DNA of 63,665 nucleotides, counting the filler, from Chiloscyllium plagiosum (lineage: Eukaryota): assembly GCF_004010195.1 (NCBI RefSeq). It is 4 parts of one record of this genome, joined end to end, with 100 filler letters (N's around TTAATTAATTAA, not from the genome) between each part and the next. Parts side by side here need not be neighbours in the genome. Positions count along the whole stretch, not along the records: positions 59,584 to 63,665 come from NC_057711.1; 3 more parts are not named here. One strand, written 5' to 3'. Positions 63,225 to 63,665 of the stretch are shown piece after piece; position 1 is the first letter of the stretch; each line of letters opens with the position of its first letter. The notes beneath the pieces were generated by a model. The model was not told the origin of the DNA. It saw only the letters and a list, made by a program, of their open reading frames with translations, and ran no database searches. The position numbers were made by a program, and so were the translations under genes.

Positions 63225-63665
63225 AGAAGCGACAGAGTCGATTCCAGCACAAGACAGAGTGAAGATGGAGAGGGTCAGGGACACAAGGCCGATCCCCCGC
63301 GGAAATCACCGGGAAATGAGGCCAATGGAAGAACCCGAGGGTGGGCCCAGAGATTGCACCTGAAGACCCCTCCCCGCCCAATCCTCACCCCTTCAGCCGG
63401 ACGGACGGAGAACCGACCGCGCGCGAACCCCGACTCCCGCCGCCGCCGCCGCCTGCTCCTTCACCAACAGAGTCCCCGCGAGCAGCGAATGCGGCCACAC
63501 TGTCCCCGCCCCCATCACCAACCGGCTCGAGGCCACGGCAGGGCAGGGTCAGGTGGGCCGTCAATCACCGGTGGCTCCTCCCCCAAACCAGGTGGCTTAC
63601 CCCCCCCCAACCACCGTCTCGACAAAATTTACATTCCCTCCCGCCCCCGCAGCAAGTCCCCCATT
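63225..63665. promoter_or_regulatory. CpG island / probable promoter and first exon
   Basis: Abrupt rise in GC and CpG content; GC boxes (CCCCGCCC at ~63372 and ~63504, CCCGCCCC at ~63640); CCAAT at ~63323 and ~63378; (GCC)5 at ~63438-63453; minus-strand donor-like GTGAGG at 63388 and GTAAGC at ~63600. Confidence 0.8.

Overview
Repeat-dense vertebrate genomic DNA, almost certainly from a shark or other elasmobranch (inferred from HE1-type V-SINEs, DeuSINE-like copies and many HER1/CR1-type LINE fragments). It consists of four contigs joined by artificial 100-bp N/TTAATTAATTAA linkers, so adjacency across the gaps is unproven. Nearly all ORFs in the supplied track are transposon remnants or noise. 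The one host coding exon I recognise is absent from the track: a MINAR2/KIAA1024L-like terminal exon on the minus strand (57426-57611). A CpG-island promoter lies at the right end. The most interesting signal is a set of about 15 intact, partial or decayed minimal type I hammerhead ribozyme motifs in two families. They sit in Penelope-like (GIY-YIG) retroelement termini, several as fold-back inverted repeats or short TSD-flanked non-coding inserts, and many are damaged at CpG sites in the catalytic core. Also present are Harbinger and mariner transposase fossils, Tc1/pogo-type MITEs, a Tx1/L1 fragment and a 1.3-kb modular minisatellite. Repeat boundaries were read by eye and are approximate unless exact motifs are quoted.
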